64,000 nt of DNA, from assembly GCA_964016885.1 (NCBI GenBank), contig OZ024750.1:11904001-11968000 (forward strand). The letters run 5' to 3'. The stretch comes from Eledone cirrhosa. Lineage: Eukaryota. The first letter of the stretch is position 1; each line of letters starts with the position of its first letter. A program made the position numbers and the translations under genes. Shown piece by piece: positions 1-13,900 of the stretch. The notes under the pieces were generated by a model. That model ran no database searches. It saw nothing but the letters and a program-made list of their open reading frames with translations, and had not been told where the DNA came from.

Positions 1-1764
1 TATTCTATAAAAACTAACGGTAAATAGAAAATTACTAAACTCGAGACCAGCAAATTAAAAAAACATACGAAACAAAAAACAAAACAGCATCTCCTTTATT
101 TCCAAAGCTGCAACAAAGTGTTGGGTGTTATCTTGCCCACTTACTTCCACCACTCTAATAGGTCCATACCTATTGTACCATGTGCGGTGTCTTGTCTGTT
201 CCTTCTCTCTAGTATCATCCATACGCTGAGCAGTTTCAACCTGTATGAAGATGCCCTTCAAGAACCAATTGATGAGTTCGATGCCTTATCCGATGCCATT
301 TCAGATCCCACTACCCAGTAAGTATCTCATTTTCAAACTCCGCCAGACACCAGTGATGGACTTAACACTTTGGCGATCTAAGCACCCTTTTTATTTCTCA
401 AGATATCATCACATTATTGATCTCTTCTATTTTTTTTTTTATTGCTTATTTTCTCACATTCATTATCTTTATTTATTTACTATTTTTTTTTTCGTTTTGC
501 ACTCACAAATCTATGTGTTCAATCCCCTCTCTTGCACAAAATACAAACTGGGGGTAAGTATGCCATAATTCAAAGGAGTTGTTTATCTTATCTTAAGAAA
601 ACCTCAGTGAACATTGGTTCATTGTAATACAGATTTTTGGAATATCAATTTGGTCTTAGATTTTCATTAGAAACTTTTGTTTTCCTCATGCAGGAGAAAT
701 TCCTTGATTTCACAAGTACAGTGAGTATGACAAAACTTCTTGTCATGAAAATAAAAAAAAATTGTTTGACAATCCAGAATGTTTGGTTATGTTCTCAAAA
801 GTTTACCATTTATTTCTACTAAGTACTAAATTTTGAAAATATCTTTTTTGGAGGATGTTTATCTTGCATGATTGAATTCTTTCTTTCTTATTAATTTCCT
901 ACCTTGTCAGGTAGATCCACGTTATAATGATATATTTATATCATTTTTTTATTTTACGATAAATTCCGACCTCACACGCTTACACCTCTCCAAGACAATG
1001 TCACTGGACCGAGACCTTTGGCGGTACTCAGTAATAGAGAAGACCCGCCTTACCTAAATACAAAGTAAAAACCTACTACAGTCAGTAGGCATCTCTATCA
1101 AAACACCCCCCCCCCCCCTGTCCCACCACCTCCACCCCATCCACACCGCCCCTTTCAATGTACAGTTATGTTGGTGCCACAACATCCAGCCCGAAACAAA
1201 CGAGGTCGTGTAGGTGTCACGACAAAAACACACAGTCCACGCTGTAATGTGGCCGTGTAGGTAACACGGTAAAAACCTCCCAGTTCCATACTGTAAACGT
1301 GGTTGGTGTTAGGAAGGGCATCCAGCTGTAGAAAACCCGCCAGACAGTCCTATGCGAGCAAGACAACCACTCTTGCCTCAAGTGGGAAAACCCCCGTCCA
1401 AACCCATGCAAGCGTGGAACACGGACGCTAAACCTGATGATGATGATACCCAGTAAAATAGTTCTGGATGTCTTAACAGTCCACAGTCCACTACTCAGCT
1501 TTAGCATAACACTATACATTGTAAAGCGTTATTGTAATTATACATAACTCAAAGTAAAGAGCGTCAATGACTGAATAAGTTACAGAGCTGATCATTCATT
1601 AGTTTTATGCTTGTATATTAGTTACAAGGTGTTATCCTTGAACAAGCTGTTTTTATTTGCCCTGCAGTTGGGATCATATTTTCCTCCCAAGATTACATTA
1701 AGGATGGAAATATAGAAAAGAGTTTTGGTATGTGAACAATACTGAATATAACAGTTTATATATG

Positions 1765-2511
1765 ACTGCTTGTCTAGCTAGACTGATGCAGCACAACAAT
1801 ACTGCTTGTCTAGCTAGACTGATGCAGCACAACAATACTGCTTGTCTATCTAGACTGATGCAGCACAACAATACTGCTTGTTTATCTAGACTGATGCAGC
1901 ACAACAATACTGCTTGTCTAGCTAGACTGATGCAGCACAACAATACTGCTTGTCTAGCTAGACTGATGCAGCACAACAATACTGCTTGTCTATCTAGACT
2001 GATGCAGCACAACAATACTGCTTGTCTAGCCAGACTGATGCAGCACAACAATACTGCTTGTCTATCTAGACTGATGCAGCACAACAATACTGCTTGTCTA
2101 GCTAGACTGATGCAGCACAACAATACTGCTTGTCTAGCTAGACTGATGCAGCACAACAATACTGCTTGTCTAGCTAGACTGATGCAGCACAACAATACTG
2201 CTTGTCTATCTAGACTAATGCAGCACAACAATACTGCTTGTCTAGCTAGACTGATGCAGCACAACAATACTGCTTGTCTAGCCAGACTGATGCAGCACAA
2301 CAATACTGCTTGTCTAGCCAGACCGATGCAGCACAACAATACTGCTTGTCTAGCCAGACTGATGCAGCACAACAATACTGCTTGTCTAGCCAGACTGATG
2401 CAGCACAACAATACTGCTTGTCTAGCCAGACTGATGCAGCACCACAATACTGCTTGTCTGGCCAGACTGATACATCACAACAATACTGCTTCTCTAGCCA
2501 GACTGATACAC
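1765..2511. repeat. 36-bp minisatellite, about 20 copies
   Basis: Unit actgcttgtctagctagactgatgcagcacaacaat. Confidence 0.97.
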
Positions 2512-3069
2512 TTTAAAAGTCTCTCTCTGTAAAGTCTATCTCAAACCAGGAGGCTCGTCAGATTAGTGCTTTTCCCAGTTTCATGGCGTGAAGCGACTAA
2601 GAGTAGAAGACTTCCCCTGGACAGGATGCCAGCACATTTTACCAGTTATTCTAATTAAATTGCTATATTTCAGATTAATGTTAGTGTTTATTTCATTGTT
2701 TTCACAATATCAGTGAATTCACAAGATTATTTTGTAATTTCCAACATTCTATTATTTCTATCTATTCTTCTACAAAGCTAATCTCTATCTTCATATTTAG
2801 TCAAGACGCTCTTAGATTATTTCAACACTTTCATTTTATTTGTTCTTGTCAGCTTGTCAACTCTTCTCTACTGTTTGGCATAAATCTCTCATCTGTTCAA
2901 TCTATACTGTATGACATAACTTTTTCTCTTCTCACTAAATTAATGTATTTACTCATCTAGACATCTCTTTGGCTTAAACTCTACTTTATTGTGTATGAAC
3001 AAATAAGAACCTCCTTGTTATATCTGTAGTCTCTCTCTCTCTCTGTCTCTCTCTCTCTCTCTTTGTCTG

Positions 3070-3102
<33 letters not shown>

Positions 3103-4478
3103 ATGTAATTGCCTTGTTAGAATTTAACTAGTAGAGTATCCACTCTCTTACTTTCTACTAAACTATACTACTATACTATATTTTCTACTCTAGACTTTCT
3201 AACAACTTCTTCTGATTTTGCTAACATAACATTCACCTTATTTTCTTCTCTTTTACTCTTGACTCTAACTGCATTATTACTTCTCTGTCTTCATTATTAC
3301 TTCTCTGTCTTCATTATTACTTCATGATGAATGTCTCTGATTCCAACTTTTTCTCGAGATTTCGTCTTATCACCCTCCTCCTTTCTGACTTTTATAAAAC
3401 TTTTATGGTTAAAATATTGATATTAGTGTGTATATATATATATTATTAGTAGTTTGGTTGGCTGACTGATTGCAAATAAAGTAAACTAAACCTAAACCCT
3501 ATTGTTGTTTTCACAGTCTATTGTTCCAATCAGAGGAGTTATGTTATTATTATATCACCCAGACTATAACGATATCTGATTACATATGGTACTAGTTGCA
3601 CTAAATACATTAGTTTAATGGTCAATGAATTTGTCTAGAAATAATATTTAATTCTAATTCTTATTCATATTCTAGCCTTGACCTAGATTTCTAAGGATTT
3701 TCCATACATTGTCTAAGAGAAATTTATTTTGAATGTTTCATCCAACATTGCGTGTACAACTCAAATGTTTTGAACTCTGTTGTAACAACAATATATAGAT
3801 TGGGATACATTTTACTTAACATTAGTATTAGACATGCTAATAGTTAAAATATATTGTTGAAAAAATATATATAATTTTCTTGAAGTTTTCAGTGATTATA
3901 TCAGTATTTTTATTTTCTGTTTATTGTTCAGAATATTTCATAGCCTGACATTGGAAATAAGCTATTTGGTGTTCATTTAAATATATATAAATATGTGTGT
4001 GTATTTGTATTTGTGTGTGTTTGTGTGTGTGTCTGTAGGCCACACACTTTTATACTTAGCTACAATTTTACACAGGGACACATCTTTTTCAAGAAGGTCA
4101 TTGACTGTGTGACCTTTGCTTGAATTTATTTTTGTAAACTCCAAACAGAAAGAAAGCAATTTTGTAAATGCTCCAAGTTCTGCAATATACATTAGGAGAA
4201 GTTTCTGGTTCGAAAAATAAATACAGTATTTTGAAAAAAAAATAGATGTGTTTTCTAGGAAAATGAAAAAATGTAACAGCAGCATTATACATTAGGTTTT
4301 ATACTTTGTTTGTTTTTGAACATTTTTTTGAAGCTCAAATCTAACCATTTTCTGAATGGCTTGGATGCAACAATTCTTAGTGAATTAATATTCCTGAAAC
4401 AACTAATAATTGTCAGCATCTTTTCTCAATGTAGCATTGTAGTGGTAGATTCATCAAGGTAATGCTTTTAGGGCTTTA

Positions 4479-4539
<61 letters not shown>

Positions 4540-5020
4540 GTGTGTGTGTGTATGTATATATATATAGAGAGAGAGATAAGACAGTTGGGTCGCAACAGCT
4601 GAGCTAGTGTCAGACTAGTTCCATATATATGCGTGTGTGTGTGTGTGTGTGTGTGTGATGATGATGATAGAAACGCAGACATGGCTGTGTTTGATTAAAC
4701 TGTTAACTTTGTAACCACATAGTTTTGGGTTCAGTCTCATTTTGTAGTATCTTCGGTAAGTGTCTCTTACTAAAGCCTCGTGTTGACCAATAGCTTGTGA
4801 ATGAAATTTGGTAAACAGAAACTGTATAAAAGCTCTTTATATATATATGTGTGTGTGTGTATGTGTTAGTGTGTGTTAACATTCAATGTTGTTTGTATAT
4901 ATCCTGTAACTTGCCAATTTAACAGAGGTCACTGGAATATATACCAGACAGAAATAATTACTGGGTTCATGTGATTGACTAAATACTTAAAACTTGGCTC
5001 ACTTTTTCTAGTGTAAAATA

Positions 5021-5053
<33 letters not shown>

Positions 5054-5238
5054 ATTTTAATCATATTGTCTGCCAAATACTCAGGCCAATGGGAGTGCTA
5101 AAGATAGCTCCACGTTAGGACCTTAAACCAGTAAGTTCATTTACTTACCTTGCGATTTACTTATGCCATTGGACCTATAAATACACACAAGGTATTGGAT
5201 ACATTTTGTCTAGGCAAAACTTACTGATGTATTATTGA

Positions 5239-5280
<42 letters not shown>

Positions 5281-5354
5281 AAAGTACATAATAGAGACTA
5301 CACATCGAGTGCTCACTTTGGTGAACTAACAATAACTTGACGTTACAATCCCAT

Positions 5355-5441
<87 letters not shown>

Positions 5442-5532
5442 ACATTTTCTTCTTTTACAGTTTGTTTATATGTAGAACATTTGCATCTTGTATTGGAATT
5501 CTAGTCTGCTGCATCTCAATTCTGACGCTCTG

Positions 5533-5891
5533 CATGTTCATTATTCACAATGTCTCCCTCTTCTTCATGTCTCATTATTCACAATGTCTCCCTCTTCTGC
5601 ATGTTTCATTATTCACAATGTCTCCCTCTTCTTCATGTCTCATTATTCACAATGTCTCCCTCTTCTTCATGTCTCATTATTCACAATGTCTCCCTCTTCT
5701 TCATGTTTCATTATTCACAATGTCTCCCGCTTCTTCATGTCTCATTATTCACAATGTCTCCCTCTTCTTCATGTCTCATTATTCACAATGTCTCCCTCTT
5801 CTTCATGTTTCATTATTCACAATGTCTCCCGCTTCTTCATGTCTCATTATTCACAATGTCTCCCTCTTCTTCATGTCTCATTATTCACAAT
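5533..5891. repeat. 34-bp minisatellite, about 10 copies
   Basis: Unit catgtctcattattcacaatgtctccctcttctt. Confidence 0.95.
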
Positions 5892-6143
5892 ACATCTCTC
5901 TTCATGTTGTCTCGTTATTTACATTATGTCTCTCTTCTCTCTCTTCATGTTGTATACTTCAATCTCTCCTAACAATCGTCTCGGGGGTTTTTTCTTTTCT
6001 AGTCTTGCAATTCATTGTTTGTTTGTTTTTATTTTGTGTGTTGATTTTGAAGTTGTTGTTGTTATTATTACTGTTATTGTTATATACTATGATATATATG
6101 TATATCTATCTATCTATATATATATATATGTGTGTGTGTGTAC

Positions 6144-6201
<58 letters not shown>

Positions 6202-6325
6202 ATATTCTCTTGTCTTTTTCCTTTTCCTTTTCTTTTTTTGGTTTTATTTAAATATTAATAAATTGACAAATTATAAACTATTCCCATATCCTCTGTATGG
6301 AATCTTAATTAAAACTATATATATA

Positions 6326-6478
6326 TAATTAGAAAGTGAACAACAGAAAATAAATATAACTAATCCATTACCAAAGGTTTCTGGATCCTAGACAATAATA
6401 ATATACGTCTTATTGTCTAGGGTCCTGAAACCTTTGGTAATGGAGTAGTTATATATTGTGTTGTTCACTTTCTAATTA
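6326..6478. mobile_element. Short foldback element; related copy at 19920-20015
   Basis: About 70-bp inverted arms (6326-6398 and 6410-6478) after (TA)n; shares ccattaccaaaggtttc with the 19920-20015 hairpin. Confidence 0.7.
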
Positions 6479-6541
6479 AATAGCTCTGTTCTATACATAG
6501 AGCACTCTATTTTTCCTTTGCTTTTCCTTCGGAATTACCTA

Positions 6542-6572
<31 letters not shown>

Positions 6573-6966
6573 ATGGTACAATTTCTCAGATGTTTTGTAC
6601 TTTGGTATGGAAATAGCTGAGTTAGTACAATAACTTACAATAACAAAGACCCCTTTTCGGTTCGCAAATGACCATGGGATTTGCACCTAGATATTTCCTC
6701 GCAGAGAGCCAAGCCTGGGCAAGGTGTGTTTGTGGAAACCCCACAGGCACCCATGCATACCAGCCTCCCCTCTCCATGCCACCAATGATGTCCAAGGGAA
6801 AGGCAATGGCCGATACAGCTTGACACCAGTGACATCACAACTCATTTCTTTCTAGAGTTGAGTAAACTGGAGCAACGTGAAATAAAGTGTCTTGCTCAAG
6901 GACGCAACACAACATATTGCCCAGTCCAGGGTTCAAACTCACAATTGGGACCTCAACACTCTAACC

Positions 6967-7130
6967 CAGTCATGGGCAAACTGCAGCCTGCGAGCCACAT
7001 GCTGTCCATTTGGCTTTCTGGATGACACGCCAAATTTCAAAATTGCCTTGAATCTTTTATTAGTGCGGCCCATCTTATAATGAGTCACATCCTATGCGGC
7101 TGACTGCTCGAATAAGGTTGCTTATACCTG
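6967..7130. mobile_element. hAT-type MITE nested in a SINE
   Basis: TIRs CAGTCATGGGCAA / TTGCTTATACCTG and a perfect 8-bp TSD CTCTAACC (6959-6966, 7131-7138). Confidence 0.8.
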
Positions 7131-7196
7131 CTCTAACCACTAAGCCATGCCATTTCACAACTTCCAATAACTTTGTAGGTCTACATCGAACTTGAG

Positions 7197-7633
7197 AAAT
7201 ATTTTATTATGTTTATAGTTAAATATCTTGACATATCTTGACAAATATTTTATTATGTTTATAGTTAAATATCTTGACATATCTTGACAAATATTTTATT
7301 ATGTTTATAGTTAAATATCTTGACATATCTTGACAAATATTTTATTATGTTTATAGTTAAATATCTTGACATATCTTGACAAATATTTTATTATGTTTAT
7401 AGTTAAATATCTTGACATATCTTGACAAATATTTTATTATGTTTATAGTTAAATATCTTGACATATCTTGACAAATATTTTATTATGTTTATAGTTAAAT
7501 ATCTTGACATATCTTGACAAATATTTTATTATGTTTATAGTTAAATATCTTGACAAATATTTTATTATGTTTATAGTTAAATATTTTGACATATCTTGAC
7601 AAATATTTTATGTTTATAGTTAAATATATTGAC
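7197..7633. repeat. 46-bp minisatellite, about 9-10 copies
   Basis: Unit aaatattttattatgtttatagttaaatatcttgacatatcttgac. Confidence 0.95.
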
Positions 7634-7954
7634 TCAGTCCAGTTAATTGATAGCCTGTTCTATATATTATAGAAACATGTTTAGCTTTTGTTTCCAAATT
7701 TATTTTGAAATCCCTAGAATATTTTTTTTTTTCTTTAATTATCAGCTTCCTAAAAAAATAATGAGAAAATATCAAAAATCAATATTTTGATTTTAACTTT
7801 TTATATTTTAATGATGTTGATTTATTGTTATTTTTTTGTTGTTGTTGTTTTGGGTATTTTTTTTTTTTTGTAACCCACAAATTTGTTTATTGAAACTAGG
7901 ATTTTTATTTCAGATTATTTTTGTTGTTGTTTCCAGTTCAAATCCAATTCTCTA

Positions 7955-7994
<40 letters not shown>

Positions 7995-10900
7995 GCTCTC
8001 GCTCTCTCCCTCCCTCTCTCTCCCTCTCTCCCTCTCTATTCTCTATCTCTTCCCCCTCTTTCTATTCTCTCTCTGTTTCCCTGTCTCGCCCTTCTCTCTC
8101 TCCTCCTTCCCCACTTTCACTCTTTTCCCTCTCTCTCTCCCTCCCCCCTCCCTGTCTTCCCCCTTCTCTCTCACATCAATATTAAATATATTATCTGACT
8201 ATCAAAACATCCATATGAAATAATAGACTTTTTGTTCATTAAAGTTGAAGGAAAAAGTAAACAATATCCAGTTGCTATGGTAACAGTATGTGTATTAGCT
8301 GCTGTACTTTTCTAAACAAAAAAATCTAAGTCTATATGAAGAGAGGAGTGAATCTTTCTCTATGAAGGAAGAAGTGCACGATAGACGATAGACGTGTTGT
8401 TTATACTTCTATATAACACCCTTGCTGAGCTGGAAGAAGGGGAGTAGGATGGCAGGTTTTGTTTTGAAACCATATCTCAGAAACAAATTTTAAATGTTGT
8501 TCCTTCTATCAATCATTGTTAAGAGGCACTTTGGTGGTGAGTCTCAATTGTTGTAAGGTTATAAATCTGACTGTTTTATAGATGGTGGTGGTGGTGGTGG
8601 GGTTTCTGTCTTTCTCTTGTAATGCATTCATACTATGGATGTAAAAGAAAACAGCCTAGGTTCTCTCTTAAAGAGAATCTATATGAGAGAGAGAGAGAGA
8701 GAGAGAGACTTAATATGTTATTGCTTGGAACAAGTGGATCCAAAGAACTGGTCAGTCTTCTAATATACAATACTATTCATTAAAATATGATGATAATAAC
8801 AATAATGATTTCTACTATAGGCACAAGGCCAGACATTTTGGGGGAGAGGTAAGTCGATTAAATCGACCCAATATATTACTGGTACTTTATTTTATCGACC
8901 CCATAAGGATGAAAGGCAAAGCTAACCTCAGACCTCGGTGGGATTTGAACTCAGAATGTAGAAAGTCATAACTATATGCCTTAAAGTATGTTGTCCAGCA
9001 CTCTACAATACTGTCAATCCATTAACAATACTATGTCACCTCTCATGTATTTTGTGATCACAGAGGATGTTGGAGTCCTAAAGTAGTTTCCCCCCCGTCT
9101 AGGCCTCTACCTCTAGGTCAGATTGAGACTTACACAACTTCTCTACTCTACTCAATTTAATGTTTCTTACATAACATCAAATGTTGTCATGTCTTCACCT
9201 CTAGTCCTTGTGTTCTAGTTTAGTACACTGTCAATAAGGCTGCCAGTTTCTCCTGTTATTCCATGTAGTCTACATAATGGTGACTATAGTTTTGTCAATG
9301 TTATATTTCATAGAATTTCATAGAATTCATTCTTAGAGCTTGTTCTTGGGCTGCACATGTTAAGCTTTGGTCTCAATCTTAAGGTCGGATCTCCACATCC
9401 ATTCCGTTCATGCTTGCCTTTCTACTTCACTTTTCATATCTCTTATAAATTGACCTCGCATCTGCCCCCCCCCCCCCCCCCTCCACATACACACACTTTT
9501 TCCTTGTCTCTTCTACTTTTCATTTTCTGTAATAATTCTTTTTAGTGCAACTTTCCATCTACTAAGTGTCCATATTGTTTTACTCCTGTCAGCCAGGTTT
9601 CAATGCCCTTCCTATACATACATGACAAACTAAGGGTTGAGAAGACAATTTAGTCATATCAAGGATATAACAGTCTCTCTAGTGCTGGTACCATGATATA
9701 ATGTACACAGTACACTCTGTAAATTGGTTGGCATCAGGATGGACATGCAGCCATAGAAAACATGGCTAACAAAAAAGGGCTGAGGTGATTCTTTAGTTAT
9801 GTCAAAGCCATAAGACCCTGTCTGGTGCTTGTGCCATGATAAAACGTACCCAATACATTCTTGTAGAGTGTTTGGTGTTAGTAAGAACATCCAGCTATAG
9901 AAACCATGCCAAAACTGGAGCATATGTAAACAAGTTATGGGCCTTAACCCATCTATGAAGACAATAGCTCCGGTTAAGTACTGACTTGGTCTGTAATGAT
10001 CTGTCCAACCCACGCCAACATGGGAGAACAGATGTTATATAATGAGTATGGAGGTATATTATTATTATTATTTTCCTAGAGTCTCAGTCATGGATGTTAT
10101 TTAACTAGAAAGTTTGTTCAAATGAACATGAAGCCGCTACCTGCAGCCATTATTATTTTTTTTTTTTTTGTAAGATATTTTCAATGCTGAAATTATTATT
10201 GCAACTATTTCTAGACTTCAGTCCTCACACATCTTTTACTCACGGCAAACCACATATCTTTTACTCACGGCAAATCATATATCTTTTACTCACGGCAAAC
10301 CACATATCTTTTGCTCACGGCAGACTGCTGAAGGCTTACCTTTTCATGTAAAATATAAATATAAAACATATATAATTAATTAATTAAATATAAAACCTGG
10401 CAGACACTATTGTAAGTGTTCATATTTTATTTCCATTATCACTGTTTCAACTTCCAAATGAGATTCAATTACGTCCCAATTGTACAGTAAGCCTCCGTTA
10501 CCATGGTTACATTAGCAACTGTTAATAAATTATTATGCCCCCAATAACAACAATAAAAAAGGAGGCTAAAAATCTAAAGAATAAAACTGATTAGTTTTAA
10601 GGGGTTCTGTTAAGTATTATTAACAAGTTGTTGAGATGAGATTTAAATGAGTTCCATTCATTTCAGTTTTGGTTAGAAATCACTGTATGTTGAGACTTAG
10701 TTGAAGGAACACAGATTGGTAGGACAAGTCTTTCAAAGAGTGTAGGTCTTCATGGATAAACAATTGTTCCTGTTTTAGTAATATCATTGGTAGTAAAGGT
10801 AGTTTTGCTGGCATTAATAGTAATGATAGCAGCTAAGTGAGGAATATAGATAGATAGATAGATAGATGGAGAGAGGAAGGAACACAGATTGGTAGGATAA

Positions 10901-13900
10901 GTCTTTCAAAGAATATAGGTCTTAATGGATAAAAAATTGTTCCTGAAGTCACAAGTATAAGTAGTCAATCAACTGAAATACTTCAATATTTATTGAACCT
11001 TTACCACAAATATGGCTCAGTAATAGTAACTAAGAGACCTGCTGGAATGAGTGTTTGAGGACTCTGCCCTCACGACTCGCTTAAGATGGCAAAGAAGAAT
11101 GGGGGAGGAGAAGGAGAAGAAAAAGAAGACATCTACTCTCATTGTCAATCCTCTTCCTTCCTCTCTTATACATTCAAGTATCTAGCCAATGAAATTTAGC
11201 GTGATATAACTTACATTATCAACTGATCAGTAGTAAATTGACTCCACCCTGAAATGGATATTGAATGTTTATAGCAATTATGTAATCATATATTTTCTTT
11301 CATGGTTTCTACACAATGTGTGTTTTGTCTGTCCATCTATGAGATGAGACGTGCGTGTGTAATCTTTTGATTGGTTCATAATATCCTACAAAATATTACA
11401 CGTGAAAATTTTGATATTTGTATAAAACAGGACAGTAAATTACCCAGCCAAAAAGTAGGTAAATCATTAGACGAAATACTTGAAAATATTTACCTTTGTT
11501 CAATTATATTCAAAAGTCGGATCAACTTCAGGTGTGTGGGTCGGTGAGATTCAGGTGTCAGTAGTCAACATTACCCTTTTGTTCCTCAACATTACTGTTT
11601 GTCCCACTTCAGTAGATTTTATCATCTATCTTTCCTTAACTCACTTCTTCATTTGTCTGTTTTGGTGAGGTTTGTGTCTGTTGGTGTCTGTCTGTGTGTC
11701 TGTGTGCTACAGAAATAGCAATAAAGATATAGAAGTATGCTAATTTCTTTGTCTTTCCAAGAACCGTCAAAATATTTTTGGAATATCTTCACTAAATATC
11801 TGATATTTTTACTTCTGATCTATCATTGCTAATCCCTTTCACAGTCACTTTCCAGCATTGCTGATGACATTAGAAATAATAGAACATTCTTTACACATAA
11901 AAAAAAACTTCTAGGATTTACTAACTAAGCTAAATTCCAACCATGTTTACCTTCCATGGACCAGTCTCAGAAGGTTTATCTTGTTTTATCACTAAGGTCA
12001 ACTACAAGAGCGATTCTCCTAAAATGTGCAAACCACTGACCTAAGTCTATAGAATATTCTTTTTAATTATAATTTTCTTTGTTAATTCTTAAATGGCTAA
12101 AATAATCCTAGTTTTTCAAAGAAGATTCTTCACTGGAATTCAGTCAGTTTTGTCTATCTAACTGTGTATCTAACAGTGAAAAGATCTTTGAAAAATACTT
12201 CATTCATTTGTTAAAGAATTTATTGAGAAGTTTCCGAGCTTGTTTTGTCTTTTTGTTTAACCCTTTAGCTTTCACATTACTCTTTATTTACTATAGTATT
12301 TTTGTGGAAAAGGCTTTATTTCACATAATATCAAATTCACGGGATTTTGATATCATTTAATTTAAGAAAAATACCTTAACATCAGTGTGAGCAGCCAATT
12401 ACAGCTGGTTTGAACAGAAATAATTGAGAGAATTCTGACCGGATATGGCTGGTTTAAATGTTGACAGTGTATATCCTAATTAATCTAACTAAAAACACAA
12501 GTTTCAAATTACATCAGTAGGACATTAGGGATCTTTTGAATTCAGGGTTCAAATCTCATCTATCTCTTCCCCCTCTAAAGGAGTCAACACGATTCCAGAC
12601 CTCATTTGCTTACTGAGAACTTGTCAAATCAGACCAAGGAAAGAATGTTTCCATTGGTCTTACCATTGCTGATACTATCAGTCACAACTCCCCCACTCCA
12701 GCTTTCTCCCATTAATTCAGTGAAAATGCTATCTCTCATGAGTGTCATATGGTACCCTTTCCCCCTCCCTTCTGTATCAATCCTATCATTGTTAGATTGA
12801 TAAAACATGTCCTAATATTATATTGGACTTCATTAAATGTTGATATAAACCACTCCTACAATTATTTTGTCTAAATAGAAAACTATGTATCATTATTACA
12901 TGGAAAGAGTTTCATATATGTATGACTCCATTAAGTAATACAAATTAACTATTTCATGCCTAAATAGGAAATTGTGTATGTGTGTGACAGCTCACACCTA
13001 TTAGCTGGCCTCCTCCAAGCTATATCTCGTTGGAGGTGTCTTGGGTAATTTAATGATAGGGACCCAAGTCCTAACATCTCATTTCTACAGCTGAGTAAAC
13101 TGGAGCAATGTGAAATAAAGTGTTTTGCTCAAGGAAACAACACATCACCCAGTCCGAGAATTGAACTCACAACCTTTCGATTGCAAGCCCAATGCTCTAA
13201 CTACTAAGCCTTCACAAATAGGAAATTATAACATATTAAGTAACCAGACTTTCCTAGGTCTCCCTAACAGCACAATTATTTCATCTTGTTGATATTCAGA
13301 TAACATCAAACAGTTATATCATTTTCCGTAATCATGTTTTTAATAGTAGACATTTCTTTTGTAGTTGTTTTGCTTCAGGTCTTCTCTGATTGAGCAGCAG
13401 ACCTGTGTTGCAGCTATCCCTGTTATACTGTCCCATCTTCTTATCAAACACAATATATATATATATATATAGGATTTGCATTATTCACTGGCACTAGGTC
13501 CTTCCTTTTATAAGGCTGTAGAGTTTGTAGGCACAAAGCTTAGTGGTTAGGATGTTCAGCTCACAATTGCGATCTCCAGATTTGGAGACCCAGTCCAAAT
13601 GCCTGCAACAGTGTGGATTCTGCTTTTCAGGAGGTGGGGTGGGTGTTTGTACTTGTTTGTGTGTGTGAGTATTTATGCTTGCATGTGTATGTTTGTGCTG
13701 CTGTCATTTGTGTGTGTCTGTGTGTTTGTATATATGTGTGCACACTTGTGATTGTGCTTTTCAGAGATTCAGAGGGTATGCTTATACATTAGTGCTTTTG
13801 TGTGTGTGTGTGTGTGTGCTTGCCTATGTGTTTGTGCTGCTACCATTTGTGTGTGTTTGTGTGTGCGCGTATGTTGTTCGTGCATGTGTGTGCATGTGTG

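Noticed and set aside
118-321. Protein-like ORF ending near a GTAAGT
   Set aside because: No recognisable similarity to FRMD4 or another family; more likely a decayed transposon fragment.
694-720. Putative 27-nt exon EKFLDFTST with CAG and GTGAGT
   Set aside because: Phase 0/0 does not fit the phase-2 start of exon 15901 and it does not resemble the expected upstream FERM sequence, which seems to lie outside the window.
1698-2532. Long ORFs on both strands (249 and 266 aa)
   Set aside because: Products of a stop-free 36-bp minisatellite; no splice or homology support.
8715-8756. ATG...CTG|GTCAGT mini-exon (MLLLGTSGSKEL)
   Set aside because: Phase 0 does not match the next exon (phase 2) and it is within chance expectation.
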